DNA from: Candidatus Latescibacterota bacterium | Lineage (GTDB): Bacteria > Latescibacterota > UBA2968 > UBA8231 | Assembly (NCBI GenBank): GCA_964291625.2 | Contig: OZ220089.1 | Location: forward strand, 288,001 to 352,000 | Reading direction: 5' to 3' | DNA: 64,000 nucleotides | Shown here: piece by piece, positions 48,122 to 58,296 of the stretch | Numbering within the stretch: the stretch's first letter is position 1 | Layout of the letters: each line of letters begins with the position of its first letter | Notes under the pieces: generated by a model | Told to the model about the DNA's origin: nothing | The model's database searches: none | What the model saw: only the letters and a program-made list of their open reading frames with translations | Translations under genes and position numbers: made by a program

Positions 48122-49434
48122 ACGACGGCTCCATGGCCTCACGGGCCCTGATCCAGGCCTTCTTCCACCTCCACCCCGCGGAGGCCGCCCGGGCCCTCGG
48201 GACCGCGCCCGTGCCCGAAGCCCTGGTCCAGCTCGACGCCGGGGGCGACCCCGCGGCGGCCCGGGTCTTCGAGCGCCTCGACCCGGACCGGGCCGTCCAG
48301 CTTCTCGAGGGAATGGAGGAGTCCCTGTTCCGGCGGCTGTGGACGGCCATGGACCCCGGCGTCGCCGCCGCGCTGCTGGCCCGGCTCGACCCGGGGGCCC
48401 GGCCCTCGCGCCTGGCCGCCCTGCCCCGCGAGCTGGCCGCCGAGATGGAGGAGCTCATGCGCTATCCGGCGGGATCGGCGGGGCGGCTCATGGACACGGC
48501 GGTGACCGTCTTCCGCGCCGACGAGACCGCCGGCGAGGCCCTCGGCCGGATCCGCTCCTTCCCCGGGCGGCGCGTCCACGACCTGTGCGTGGTCGACGGC
48601 GAGGGGCAGCTCACCGCCGTGCTGCCCCTGCAGGAGGTGGCCGTGGCCCAGCCCGGGGAGAGCCTGGGCGGACTCGCCCGGAGACCGCCGGTCTGCGTGC
48701 AGGCCATGTCCTCCCGCGAGGAGGTGGTGGAGCTCCTCGAAGCCCACAGACTCTCCTCCCTGCCCGTGGTCAGCTTCGAAGGCCGGGTGCGGGGCATCAT
48801 CCTCCACGACGCCCTGGTGGAGGCGGCCCAGCAGGACGCCACGGAAGACCTGCAGACCATGGTCGGCGCCGGCCGCGAGGAGCGCGCCCTGTCGCCGCCG
48901 GGGCTGGCCGTCCGCCAGCGGCTCCCCTGGCTGCAGGTCAACCTGGCCACGGCCTTCCTGGCCGCCGGGGTGGTGGCCCTCTTCGAGGACACCATCGCCC
49001 GGTTCACGGCCCTGGCCGTCTTCCTGCCGGTGGTGGCCGGCCAGTCGGGCAACACCGGCGCCCAGGCCCTGGCCGTGGCCATGCGCGGGCTGGCCCTGCG
49101 CGAGTTCCGGCCGCGCAACTGGTTCCGAGTCGCCCGCAAGGAGCTGGTGGCGGGGCTGATCAACGGGCTGGCCGTGGCCCTGGTCACGGCCCTGGCGGCC
49201 TACCTCTGGTCCGGCGGGATCGGGCTGCCCCTGGTGATCGCCACCGCCATGGTCTTCTCCATGGCCATGGCCGGGCTGACCGGGGCCCTCATCCCCGTGG
49301 TCCTCACGGTCCTCGGCAAGGACCCGGCCCAGTCGGCCTCCATCGTCCTGACCACGGTGACCGACGTCCTCGGTTTCCTCAGCTTCCTGGGGCTGGCCGC
49401 CCTGGCGGCCTCGAGCCTGGGGCTGGCTCTCTAG
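48118..49434 (+). CDS. mgtE: Magnesium transporter MgtE
   Basis: YPAGSAGRLM, CBS pair, RLPWLQVNL, PVVAGQSGNTGAQ, DPAQSAS..TTVTDVLGF. Confidence 0.93.
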   Translation: MNDGSMASRALIQAFFHLHPAEAARALGTAPVPEALVQLDAGGDPAAARVFERLDPDRAVQLLEGMEESLFRRLWTAMDPGVAAALLARLDPGARPSRLAALPRELAAEMEELMRYPAGSAGRLMDTAVTVFRADETAGEALGRIRSFPGRRVHDLCVVDGEGQLTAVLPLQEVAVAQPGESLGGLARRPPVCVQAMSSREEVVELLEAHRLSSLPVVSFEGRVRGIILHDALVEAAQQDATEDLQTMVGAGREERALSPPGLAVRQRLPWLQVNLATAFLAAGVVALFEDTIARFTALAVFLPVVAGQSGNTGAQALAVAMRGLALREFRPRNWFRVARKELVAGLINGLAVALVTALAAYLWSGGIGLPLVIATAMVFSMAMAGLTGALIPVVLTVLGKDPAQSASIVLTTVTDVLGFLSFLGLAALAASSLGLAL

Positions 49435-50402
49435 GGGGCCTTCCCCGCAGCGGCCGAGACCCTCTCGTGGCAGAGTTGGGCGATCTCGGCGCCGATGATG
49501 AAGAGCACGGCCGCGAGGTAGAGCCACAGGGCCAGGGCCACCGAGAGGACGTAGGCCCCGTAGAGGTACAGGATGGAAGCGAAGTGGCCCAGGTAGTAGC
49601 CGAAGAGCCACTCGGCCAGCTTCCAGAGCAGGGCCCCCCAGAAGGCGCCCGTGGCCAGCGCCCTCATCCGCGGTCTCCGGGTGGGAACGAGCCAGTAGAG
49701 TCCGAGGAAGACGGCGAGGATGAGGGCCGCGGAGGCCAGGTCGTAGAAGTGGGTCAGGTGCGAATGGAGCGGACCCAGGGCCAGCTCGAGGACCGCGGCC
49801 AGGATCGGCAGCGACAGGACCAGGAGCAGGAACGTGCACAGGACCAGGAGCACCAGGGCCAGATCCTTCAGCCTGCCCGCCGCGGCCGGCAGGGCCGCGC
49901 GCAGGAAGCTCATCTGCTTCTGCGAGGCGGCCAGTTCCCTGAAGCGGCTCAGGGGAGCGGGCCATTGCCGCAGGGCCCTCGCCATCATCCCCGGCTCTTG
50001 GCCGGCGGCCTGGAAGACGGTGTCGAGGATGGTCCTCATGCTGGTGAAGAGTCCGCTGACGCTGAGCATCAGGATCACCAGGCCGGAGACCCTGTAGGCC
50101 TCCTTGAACTCGACCACGTCGGGGATGCGGGAGGAGAGGGCCTCCTTGAGGAACGCGGCCTCCTCCTCGTAAGGGATGAAGACCTCCACCGTCTGGTTCA
50201 GCAGCCACGCCAGGGAGGCCGTCTCCAGCACCGCGCCGAGGACGAAGAAGACGAGGAAGACGAGGGGGACGAGGCTCAGGAGGGTGGCGAAGGCGAGGCC
50301 GCCTGCGAAAAGGAAGAGGTGGTTCTCGCTCATGCGGAGGGCGAGCCCGCCCAGGTACCAGGACAGGATCCCCTGCCCGGCTCCGGGGTCCCGGCCCGTC
50401 AT
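49431..50402 (-). CDS. YihY/BrkB-family membrane protein
   Basis: AGGLAFATLLSLVP, LYWLVP, LYGAY...LWLYL...IIGAEI. Confidence 0.9.
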   Translation of the reverse strand: MTGRDPGAGQGILSWYLGGLALRMSENHLFLFAGGLAFATLLSLVPLVFLVFFVLGAVLETASLAWLLNQTVEVFIPYEEEAAFLKEALSSRIPDVVEFKEAYRVSGLVILMLSVSGLFTSMRTILDTVFQAAGQEPGMMARALRQWPAPLSRFRELAASQKQMSFLRAALPAAAGRLKDLALVLLVLCTFLLLVLSLPILAAVLELALGPLHSHLTHFYDLASAALILAVFLGLYWLVPTRRPRMRALATGAFWGALLWKLAEWLFGYYLGHFASILYLYGAYVLSVALALWLYLAAVLFIIGAEIAQLCHERVSAAAGKAP

Positions 50403-52472
50403 CTAGAAGGCCTGCCCCACGTTCAGGTACACCGACGGCTTCGAGGTCATCTCCCCCCAGCCCAGGTCCAGACGCACGGGGAGGCCCGGGTCCCACCGCA
50501 GGCCGCCCCCGTAGCCGTCGACCATGCTCGACCAGCGGGCCTGCCGGGGGCGGCGCCAGGCGCCGGCGCGGTCCCAGAAGGCGACGACCCCGAACTGACG
50601 CCAGCGGATGCGCAGTTCGTTGCGCAGGTTGACCCCGGCCCGGCCGCCGCCCACGGCGCCGATGGTCCCCCGGTTGACGCCGCGCACCGAGCCCTCGCCC
50701 CCGAGCTGGATCCAGTACGGCTGGGGCAGCCTCCGGTCGCGGCGCAGGGATCCGGTCACCAGCCCCCGCAGGGCCTGGGCCCACACCAGCCACGGGCGGA
50801 TGCGCAGGTAGTTGCGGACCTCCATCTCGCCCGCCAGGACGCGGGTCCTGTCCCCGCCGAACTCCCAGGCGAAGAGCCCCGCCAGGCGCAGGAAGTCGCC
50901 CCGCGTCGGCGCGAGCTGGTTGTCGCGGGTGTCGCGCGCCAGGTCGATCCCGAAGTTCAGGGTGTTGGCGCGGTCCGTCAGCAGCCGCTGCCAGGTGCCG
51001 TCGATGGGGATCCAGCCGTCGTCGTAGGGGAAGGCGCTCCCGCCCTGGGCGCGGCGCCCCGAGGAGTCGCCGAAGGGATCGTCGCCCAGGCCGTCGTCCT
51101 CGGTTTCGGAATCGGGACCGTCCACCTCGCGCACCTCCAGGTCGATCCGCCGCCCGGAGAGGGGCTGAACGCGCCAACGGGTCCAGTCCGCGGTGAACGA
51201 CGCCTGGTAGACCCTCACCCCTTCGTCGTCCCGGAGCCGCCCCAGGCTCGCCTTCGCCTGCCACAGCCGCTTCACCGACGGATACCGGTACTCCAGTCGC
51301 CGGACGAACTCCGCCGCCGGGACCGGCCCCCCAAAGGGGCCCAGGAGGGTCTCGTTGACGATCGAGTGGTTGGCCGCCAGGAGCTCGAACTGCACCGAGT
51401 CCGCGGGATTGGCCTCCACGCGCGTCCGTCCCCAGTCGTCGGTCATGCCCGCCGAGAAGGTCAGGTCGAGGTCGGATCCCAGCAGGCCGTTCTCCGTCAG
51501 GAAGAGGGTCAGCCCCTGCAGGGGGCGGCCCAGGTTGGCCTCGGTGCCGATGCTGTTCCCCCGGCCGAGGAAGTTCGAGTGCCGCAGCCGCGCCGACAGG
51601 CCGGGCTCGTTGTTGTTGATGAAGGCCCGCGCCCCCAGGCGCCGGAAGGGCCGTTCCTGCAGGTGCAGGACCACGGGCTGCACGCTGTCTCCGGCAGCCT
51701 GCTCCGGCGTCTCCAGGGTCACCGAGCGGAACAGGCCGGTGCGGGCCAGGGCGTTCCTGGAGGCCCGCACGGCCTCCGGGTCGTAGAGGGTTCCTTCCCG
51801 GAAGGTGATGTGGCGCTCGATCAGCGACCGGCGGGTCTGGAGATCCTCGCCCTCCAGGCGGATGGGGCCGAAGTACATCCTCGGCCCCGGAATCACCTCG
51901 AAGGTGACCGATCCCAGCTGCCGCTCGACATCGAAGTCCAGCCGGTTGCTCACCGCGGCATGGGGGAAGCCCTCCTGGTTGAGCAGGCCCAGCAGGGCGC
52001 GCTCGTCGCGCAGCACGTCCCCGTAGCGCAGCACGTCCCCGGCCCGCAGGCCCACCCGGGACTCCAGGTCCGGCAGCGGCGCCTTCCCCGGGACCGCCTC
52101 GATGTCGACCGCCGAGATCCGCCACTGCAGGCCGCTGGCGATCCACAGGCGCAGGTGGAGGCGGCCCCTGTCGTCGAGGTAATACCGGCGGCGCTCGATG
52201 TCCACGTCCATGTACCCGCGGCTGCGGTAGCGGTTCACGATCTCCGACAGGTCGGCCCGGTAGAACCGGACCCGGAAGCGTTTCCCCTCCCGGGTCTCCA
52301 TCGCCGCCCGCAGCTCGTGGTTGGTGATCGGCTTGTCCTGCAGATGCTCGAAGCGGATGCTCTCCACCTTCGGCTCGCCGAGGTCCCGCAGCTCCACCGG
52401 CCGCAGGGAGCCCTGGGCCTCGGCCCGCCCCCACAGTGCGAGGGACAGCAGGAGAAGGAGACCAGGCCTCAC
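50403..52472 (-). CDS. Omp85-family (TamA/BamA-like) outer-membrane protein
   Basis: Signal peptide, three POTRA-like units (YRSRGY, LNQEGF, LARTGLFRSV), GGEGSVRGV motif, C-terminal YLNVGQAF. Adjacent to the TamB-like gene. Confidence 0.9.
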   Translation of the reverse strand: MRPGLLLLLSLALWGRAEAQGSLRPVELRDLGEPKVESIRFEHLQDKPITNHELRAAMETREGKRFRVRFYRADLSEIVNRYRSRGYMDVDIERRRYYLDDRGRLHLRLWIASGLQWRISAVDIEAVPGKAPLPDLESRVGLRAGDVLRYGDVLRDERALLGLLNQEGFPHAAVSNRLDFDVERQLGSVTFEVIPGPRMYFGPIRLEGEDLQTRRSLIERHITFREGTLYDPEAVRASRNALARTGLFRSVTLETPEQAAGDSVQPVVLHLQERPFRRLGARAFINNNEPGLSARLRHSNFLGRGNSIGTEANLGRPLQGLTLFLTENGLLGSDLDLTFSAGMTDDWGRTRVEANPADSVQFELLAANHSIVNETLLGPFGGPVPAAEFVRRLEYRYPSVKRLWQAKASLGRLRDDEGVRVYQASFTADWTRWRVQPLSGRRIDLEVREVDGPDSETEDDGLGDDPFGDSSGRRAQGGSAFPYDDGWIPIDGTWQRLLTDRANTLNFGIDLARDTRDNQLAPTRGDFLRLAGLFAWEFGGDRTRVLAGEMEVRNYLRIRPWLVWAQALRGLVTGSLRRDRRLPQPYWIQLGGEGSVRGVNRGTIGAVGGGRAGVNLRNELRIRWRQFGVVAFWDRAGAWRRPRQARWSSMVDGYGGGLRWDPGLPVRLDLGWGEMTSKPSVYLNVGQAF

Positions 52473-52473
52473 T

Positions 52474-55400
52474 TCAGAAGTCCCTGCTCACCTCGAGGCC
52501 CATGCCGTAGAGCTCGTACTGGGAGTGGGCGGTGGCCTCGAGCAGCAGCCACGAGGTGATCGGGTACTCGACCTCGAACTGCCCGAGGGAGGGCTCCTTG
52601 GTGACCGCCTCGTAGCGGACCCACATCGGCAGGGGCCAGGTCAGACGCTTGCCGATGCGGATCGAGCTCTCGCCGATGGTCCCCTGGGCGGTCCCCGAGG
52701 GCAGCAGCAGGAACTCGTCCAGCCCGGTCTTCTGCACCCGTCCGAGCAGCAGTTGCCCCGCCGCCGTGTACAGGGCCCCCGAGTAGTTGTACCGGTTCTG
52801 GTCGAGGGTGCCGAAGGCCAGGAGCCCGTAGATCTGCAACTGGCCGAGGCCCGGGGATGTGAAGTCCGGGTCCGGCGCCAGCACCGTCCCCTCGAGGCTC
52901 AGGGTCACCTCCACCTCCTCGTCCTCGTCGGGGTCCCTGACCCGGGCGACGGCCTCCAGGTCGAACTCGGGATCGAGCAGGATGGGGTCGTGTATCAGGT
53001 CGAGGATCGAGTAGGTCGGCACCAGTTTGTCGAGGACGACGCGCCCCCCCGGGGTGAAGTCGAAGGGCCGGGTGAGGAGGATCACCGTTCCCTCGATGAC
53101 CTCCAGCTCCCCCTGGAACCGGGGCTTGTAGAACGTCCCATAGACCCGCACCCTGCCGTCGACATCGATGTCCAGGAGCTCGGACCGGGACTTGAGTTCC
53201 ACGATGTCCACGTAGACGTCCATCGCGACTCCCCCGAGCAGCGGGTCCTGCACGGCCGGCGGCGGCGGCACCGGTCCGGTCAGCTCCACGAGCTGGACTT
53301 CCGACAGGGACTGGTTCAGGGTGACCCTCCCTTTCAGAAGGGAGCCATGCCGCTCCCCCGTCAGGGCCAGGTCGAGATCGACCCGGGGAGCCGCGAAGTG
53401 GTCGCTGTAGTTGTACGGCACCTCCCCCGACAGGCGCAGCTCGTAGTCGACTCCATCCAGGGTGGCCGCCTCGACCCACCCCCGCAGCTGCAGATGCCCG
53501 GGGCCCTGGGTGGGGTCGCCCAGGAAGCCCACCAGCTCGCCCCGGGTCCCACCGCCGGCCCTCGGGGCCAGCTCCAGGCGCCCCTGTGGGAAACGGTACC
53601 CGGGCCGGATGTTGATCAGGGAGAAGCCGAGGTCCTCGACCTCCACCTGGCCGGTGATCCTCGGCCGGCCCTGAAGGGAGTCGGCCGCCAGATCGAGGCG
53701 GACCCGGCCCTCCAGGCTCTCCAGCGGCAACCGGTCGAGGAAGACCAGCAGGTCGATGCCTTCGGACCGGGCCGTCAGCGAAAGCCCCTCCCACGCGGGC
53801 TTCCCCTCGGCGACGGGGACGGCGGCGGTCACCAGCAGGCTGTCCTCCACCAGGGTTACCCAGGCGCCGCGGGCCGACAACGATTCGGCGCCGGCCGACA
53901 GACTCGCCTCCAGGTATCCCAGGTCGTCGAGGTCGACATGGGCCCGGGCGCCGAGGGAGGCTCCCCCAGGGCCGGAGACGAACTCGAGGCTTCCGTCGAT
54001 CCACCCCGCCGGCAGGCGGGGTCCACCGGGAATCGCCAGGGTCACGGCCTCCAGGTCCACCTCTCTCAGGCGAAGCCGGGCCGCGCCCCGGACCTTTCCG
54101 GGGTCCCCTTCGAGGCCCAGAATACCAGCCTTCTCGTAGCCGCCGGCGCCCCGCGGCCCGGCCCCCTCGTCGAGCTCGAGGACATGGCGACGGAAGACGA
54201 GGACGGGCATCTCCAGGCCCTCGATGCTCGCCTGCCCGCTCGTCAGGCTCGCCGAGGCCGGTTCCGGCAGGTGCAGGCGCAGCCGGTCCCGGTCCACGGT
54301 CAACTCGCTCAGAGTGAGGTGGCCCGCCAGGTCGAACCAGTCGAATCCCTCCAGGGCCCTGGCCGCCGGCAGGCCCAGATTCCCCTCGGCGCTCACCCTC
54401 AGGCCGGTGGAGTCCTCGAGGACCCAGGTCGCCAGCCAGGAGGCGTCGAGGCCGTCCGCCCGCAGCCGCATCCCCAGGCTGTCGCTCCCGGCCGGAGGCC
54501 CTCCCCTGACCACGGACGAGGGGGCCTCGACCTGGACGGCCAGTTGGACCGCGCTCGAGGTGTCCTGGCGCAGCTCGAGGGCCGCCCGCAGGCTGTCCCC
54601 CAGGGCGATCGTCGAGCTCAGGGCGCCGATCCGTCGACCCTGGAGAGCGAGGGCCTCCAGATCCACCTGGAGCGCCAGGTCGGGCGCCGACGGGGCGCCC
54701 TCGAGCCGCAGGTCGGCCCGGCCCCGGGCCGTCAGGTCCTCGATGCCCGTCGACTCCACCGAGTCCAGGGCCGCCGCCAGGTCGATCCGACCGCCGTCGA
54801 TCCCGGCCTTCAGACGGACCTCCCCGAGAGGCGTGCGCACGCGGCTGCGATGCAGGGTGCCGCGGCCCCCCGCGTACTCGAAGACCGAGGCGCCACTCAG
54901 GACCAGGGGCCAGCCTCCGAGGGTGGCCGCCGCTTCGTCGAGGCGCACTTCCAGGGAACCGGCCATCGGGTCGCGCAGGTCGCCGCGGGCCGACGCCCGG
55001 CCGCGGACCCGCAACGAGTCCGGGGCTCCGACCCGCCGCAGGACCGCATCCTCCAGGAGGGCTTCCACCTCGGTCCGGCCCGTCGAATCGACCCGGGTCA
55101 GCAGGTCGACCCCCGGAGCGGTCGCCGCCACCTCGACGGCTCCCCGCGCGTAGTCGGCGGCCAGGCTCGTCGGGCCCAGGCTCCATCCGGCGAGGCGCAG
55201 ATCGTCCACCTGCAACTGCAGGCCGCCGCGGCCGTCCTGCCCGAGCAGGCCGTCGGCGGCGGCGCGGCCCGACGCACGACCCTCCACCAATGGGCCGACC
55301 TGGGACAGCTCCAGGTCCAGGGCCGCCGCCGACAGCGTGTCCAGCTGCGGGGAGGCCAGGTCGGTGCGCAGGCGGGCGCTCAGCTGCCCCGTGCCGAGGC

Positions 55401-56823
55401 GCAGCGACAGATCGAGGCGACGGAGGTCGCGCAGGGCGGCCTCGGCCACGAGGGGCCCGGGCAGGTCGAGGCCGAAGGGCATCTCCTCCGACTGCAGCCG
55501 CAGGTCGAGGATCCCCGGCCGCCAGCGGCCGCGCGCCGACGCGGGCAGGGGGGAGCCGAGCCAGGGACCCAGGTCGAGGGCCCCCGCCAGTTGCAGGTCG
55601 TAGAGCCCGGTCTCCAGCGACAGGTCGCCCGAGGCCGTCAGCTCACCGAGAGTGCGGCTGCGCGCCGTCAGCCGCACCCCTTCCCCCTCGATCGAGCCGT
55701 CGAGGCCGAGGTCGACCGGTTCCGGGGCGATCCCTTCCAGCCCGGAGAACCTCAGCGCCATGGAGGCCCGGGGAGAGGAGACGGACCCGTCCACGGTCAA
55801 CCGGCCGTCGAGGATGCCGGCGTAGCCCGCGAGGGGCAGTCGCGCCAGGTCGACATCCCGGACCTCCAGCTCCGTCTGCAGGCGGCCCCCGGCCGGCCGG
55901 TAGCCGCCGCGGCCTGCGAGGGTACCGCCCGCGGCCTGCAGCCACAGCGAGTCGGCCCGGAGCCCCGAGGTGTCCATACGGCCGGACATGGCCAGACCCA
56001 CCTCTCCGAGACCCGGCTCGCTCCCCTCCCCGAGAGCCCGCACATCGATTCGCGGCGGCCAGGACGGACCCCGGGCCGTCACCTCGAGCCGATCCACCTG
56101 CATCGACCCCACCCGGCCCTCCAGGGTCAGGCGCACGTCGACTTCCATGGGAGAGCCGAGCTCGAGTCTCCCCCGCCCGCCCAGCGTGCCCTGTCCGACA
56201 CCGGCAGCCCTCCATTCGGCCCGGACCTCCTTGAGCTCCACCTCGCCCCACCCCAGGCGCCAGCGCGTGCTCAGGCGGCCGTCGGCGGAGGAGGAATCGG
56301 AGACGATCGACCAGGCTTCGGCCGAGAGATCGAGGACCGCCGACGGCGGCGACTCCCCGGGTGCGAGGCGGGCCTCGATGCCCCGGAGCGCGACGGACGG
56401 GCCGTGCTCGGGGCTCACCTCGAAGACCCCGTCGACGATGTCGACTCGCGGCAGGTCGTCCACCGGCAGCAGCGGTGCCGCGCCGGAGGGCGGAACCGGT
56501 CCGGATGCCTCGCCGGCGGTGTCGGCGACGGCCCGCGGCCTCCAGCGGACCTCGGGCGCCCGCAGCGACAGCCCCCAGTCCCAGGGGTGCAGAACCAGTT
56601 CCTGAACCCGGGCCTCGAGACCGTCGGTGGTCGCCGCCAGGCCGCCGAACCGCGGCGACGCGATCAGCAGGCCTCCGGTCTCGTCGATGTGCAGGGACCA
56701 GCCCCGGAAGCCGGCCACCGACTCGGCGGCCCGGGCGGCGAGCCAGACGCCGGCCGGGGTCGCCAGCAGCACGACCACCGCCGCGGCCAGCGCCCCGAGT
56801 GCGGCCAGGAGACGTGGAGACAA
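52474..56823 (-). CDS. TamB-like (AsmA-like, DUF490) translocation and assembly protein
   Basis: N-terminal TM LAAAVVVLLATPAG, long beta-taco-like body, C-terminal DUF490-like region (P.FQGELEVIEG, FTSPGL, IGKRLT, VEYPITSWLLLEA). Confidence 0.85.
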   Translation of the reverse strand: MSPRLLAALGALAAAVVVLLATPAGVWLAARAAESVAGFRGWSLHIDETGGLLIASPRFGGLAATTDGLEARVQELVLHPWDWGLSLRAPEVRWRPRAVADTAGEASGPVPPSGAAPLLPVDDLPRVDIVDGVFEVSPEHGPSVALRGIEARLAPGESPPSAVLDLSAEAWSIVSDSSSADGRLSTRWRLGWGEVELKEVRAEWRAAGVGQGTLGGRGRLELGSPMEVDVRLTLEGRVGSMQVDRLEVTARGPSWPPRIDVRALGEGSEPGLGEVGLAMSGRMDTSGLRADSLWLQAAGGTLAGRGGYRPAGGRLQTELEVRDVDLARLPLAGYAGILDGRLTVDGSVSSPRASMALRFSGLEGIAPEPVDLGLDGSIEGEGVRLTARSRTLGELTASGDLSLETGLYDLQLAGALDLGPWLGSPLPASARGRWRPGILDLRLQSEEMPFGLDLPGPLVAEAALRDLRRLDLSLRLGTGQLSARLRTDLASPQLDTLSAAALDLELSQVGPLVEGRASGRAAADGLLGQDGRGGLQLQVDDLRLAGWSLGPTSLAADYARGAVEVAATAPGVDLLTRVDSTGRTEVEALLEDAVLRRVGAPDSLRVRGRASARGDLRDPMAGSLEVRLDEAAATLGGWPLVLSGASVFEYAGGRGTLHRSRVRTPLGEVRLKAGIDGGRIDLAAALDSVESTGIEDLTARGRADLRLEGAPSAPDLALQVDLEALALQGRRIGALSSTIALGDSLRAALELRQDTSSAVQLAVQVEAPSSVVRGGPPAGSDSLGMRLRADGLDASWLATWVLEDSTGLRVSAEGNLGLPAARALEGFDWFDLAGHLTLSELTVDRDRLRLHLPEPASASLTSGQASIEGLEMPVLVFRRHVLELDEGAGPRGAGGYEKAGILGLEGDPGKVRGAARLRLREVDLEAVTLAIPGGPRLPAGWIDGSLEFVSGPGGASLGARAHVDLDDLGYLEASLSAGAESLSARGAWVTLVEDSLLVTAAVPVAEGKPAWEGLSLTARSEGIDLLVFLDRLPLESLEGRVRLDLAADSLQGRPRITGQVEVEDLGFSLINIRPGYRFPQGRLELAPRAGGGTRGELVGFLGDPTQGPGHLQLRGWVEAATLDGVDYELRLSGEVPYNYSDHFAAPRVDLDLALTGERHGSLLKGRVTLNQSLSEVQLVELTGPVPPPPAVQDPLLGGVAMDVYVDIVELKSRSELLDIDVDGRVRVYGTFYKPRFQGELEVIEGTVILLTRPFDFTPGGRVVLDKLVPTYSILDLIHDPILLDPEFDLEAVARVRDPDEDEEVEVTLSLEGTVLAPDPDFTSPGLGQLQIYGLLAFGTLDQNRYNYSGALYTAAGQLLLGRVQKTGLDEFLLLPSGTAQGTIGESSIRIGKRLTWPLPMWVRYEAVTKEPSLGQFEVEYPITSWLLLEATAHSQYELYGMGLEVSRDF

Positions 56824-56839
56824 CGGAGGCCGCCGCGCC

Positions 56840-57660
56840 TCAGCGCAGCCTCTGCAGCTGGGCAGGTGGCACGAAGAGGGAGTCGGGGAGGGGTTTCGCC
56901 TCGAGCCGAAGGATCTTGCGGGAGAGCCGCAGGACCCGCTTCTCGGCGCCCCCGTCGACGGCGGTGAAGACCTCCAGCCGGGAGCGCATGGCGAAGCCCT
57001 TCAGGGCCCCCAGCTCCTGCTCGAGGCGCCCGGGATCCTCCTGGGCATCTCCGAGGCCGCTGCCCGCCAGGCCGACGGGCGGGATCGAGGTGCGCTCCTT
57101 CTGCAACCGGAGGAAGGCGTTGATCTCGTCGTAGCCGGGAAAGCCCTCGGCCATCCACGCCTGGTAGAGGTAGCGGTTCGTGCGCGCCACCTCCCGCGTA
57201 CCGGGGCGGAAGTGCCGCGCCGTCATCTCCGCCGCCATGCGGCGGCAGAGGATGCCGGCGATCCTCGTGGTATCGGGCAGGGTCCGGGTGCGGAAGGAAA
57301 CCTCGCGGTCGGGGGCTTCCTTCGGCGCCGCCGCCGGCTTCACGGGGGGCAGCGGCTCCTGGCGCCAGGTCAGGGCCGCGCGGTCGATGTCGTAGATCCG
57401 GCCCTGGTCGAGGCGCAGGATCTGAGTCGACTGCAGGCTCTGGCCCTGGCTCGTCAGGATCCTGGCCATGCGCTTGGAGGTCTCGATGTCGGTGCTGACC
57501 CGCTGCCTGGATCCCTTGATGTAGACCTTGTGCAGGGTGCGGCTGGCGCCGCGCTTGCCCGGGCCGACGCCGGGGTGGACGACCTCCTCCTCGTAGTACA
57601 CGTCGCCCGGGCCGCACAGGCGCCGGCCAGCAACGCAACGGCCCAGTAGAGCTGCCTCAT
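56840..57660 (-). pseudogene. Secreted DUF4412-like protein with a frameshift just after the signal peptide (about 57605)
   Basis: ATG 57660 after GGAG gives the signal MRQLYWAVALLAGACAAR. The body (DVYYEEEV...VYIKGSRQRV...ILRLDQGRIY...TTRIAGILCRR...LPDSLFVPPA) is one base out of frame. Confidence 0.65.
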
Positions 57661-57826
57661 GGTCGACTCCGTCGACGGGGGGTCCGAGCGGGGAATATAG
57701 GCAGGCGGTGGCAGCAGCGAAGCCCCGCCATCGGGTGCACCCGCCTGTGGAGGAAAGAGGAGTTTCCGGGAAGGCTGGAGGGAAAGGGCCGCCCGGACCG
57801 CTGCAATCTCACCGGGGTTCCGGGAT

Positions 57827-57872
57827 CCCGGAGAGGCCGCAGGCGACAACGTGGAGCGGGCGCCTCTCCGGG
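57827..57872 (-). terminator. 11-bp inverted repeat downstream of exbD
   Basis: CCCGGAGAGGC (57827-57837) pairs with GCCTCTCCGGG (57862-57872). No U-tract. Confidence 0.35.
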
Positions 57873-57902
57873 CAGGCGACGGGCGGTGGCTCGCGGCTCC
57901 TC

Positions 57903-58295
57903 TCAGCGTATGCCGATGGTCTCGACCCCGTGTTCCCGGAGCTGATCCAGGAAGGTGATGATCTCGTCGTACGGAAGCTCCCCGGAGCCGGTGAACATCA
58001 CCTTGCGCTTGGCCCCGGACCCCGCCCGGTGGAACTCGTCGATCTTGCGCAGGAGCTCCTCCATGGTGACCTCCTTGGTATCCAGGAGGATGCGCCGGTC
58101 CGCGGTGTACTCCACGATCGGGTCCGGCTTGACCTGGCCCGACGCCGCGCCCGCCCCCTGGGGGAGGGTGGCCGAGAGCGTCTGGAAGATGATCGGCGTG
58201 ATGACCATGAAACCGAGCAGGAGCGAGAGCGATACATCCGCCAGGGGCGTGACGTTGATCGACGACTCGGACCGGGTGCTCTTCGTCGTGTACAT
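57903..58295 (-). CDS. exbD: ExbD/TolR-family biopolymer transport protein
   Basis: INVTPLADVSLSLLLGFMVITP; C-terminal domain ending LPYDEIITFLDQLREHG. Confidence 0.88.
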   Translation of the reverse strand: MYTTKSTRSESSINVTPLADVSLSLLLGFMVITPIIFQTLSATLPQGAGAASGQVKPDPIVEYTADRRILLDTKEVTMEELLRKIDEFHRAGSGAKRKVMFTGSGELPYDEIITFLDQLREHGVETIGIR

Positions 58296-58296
58296 C

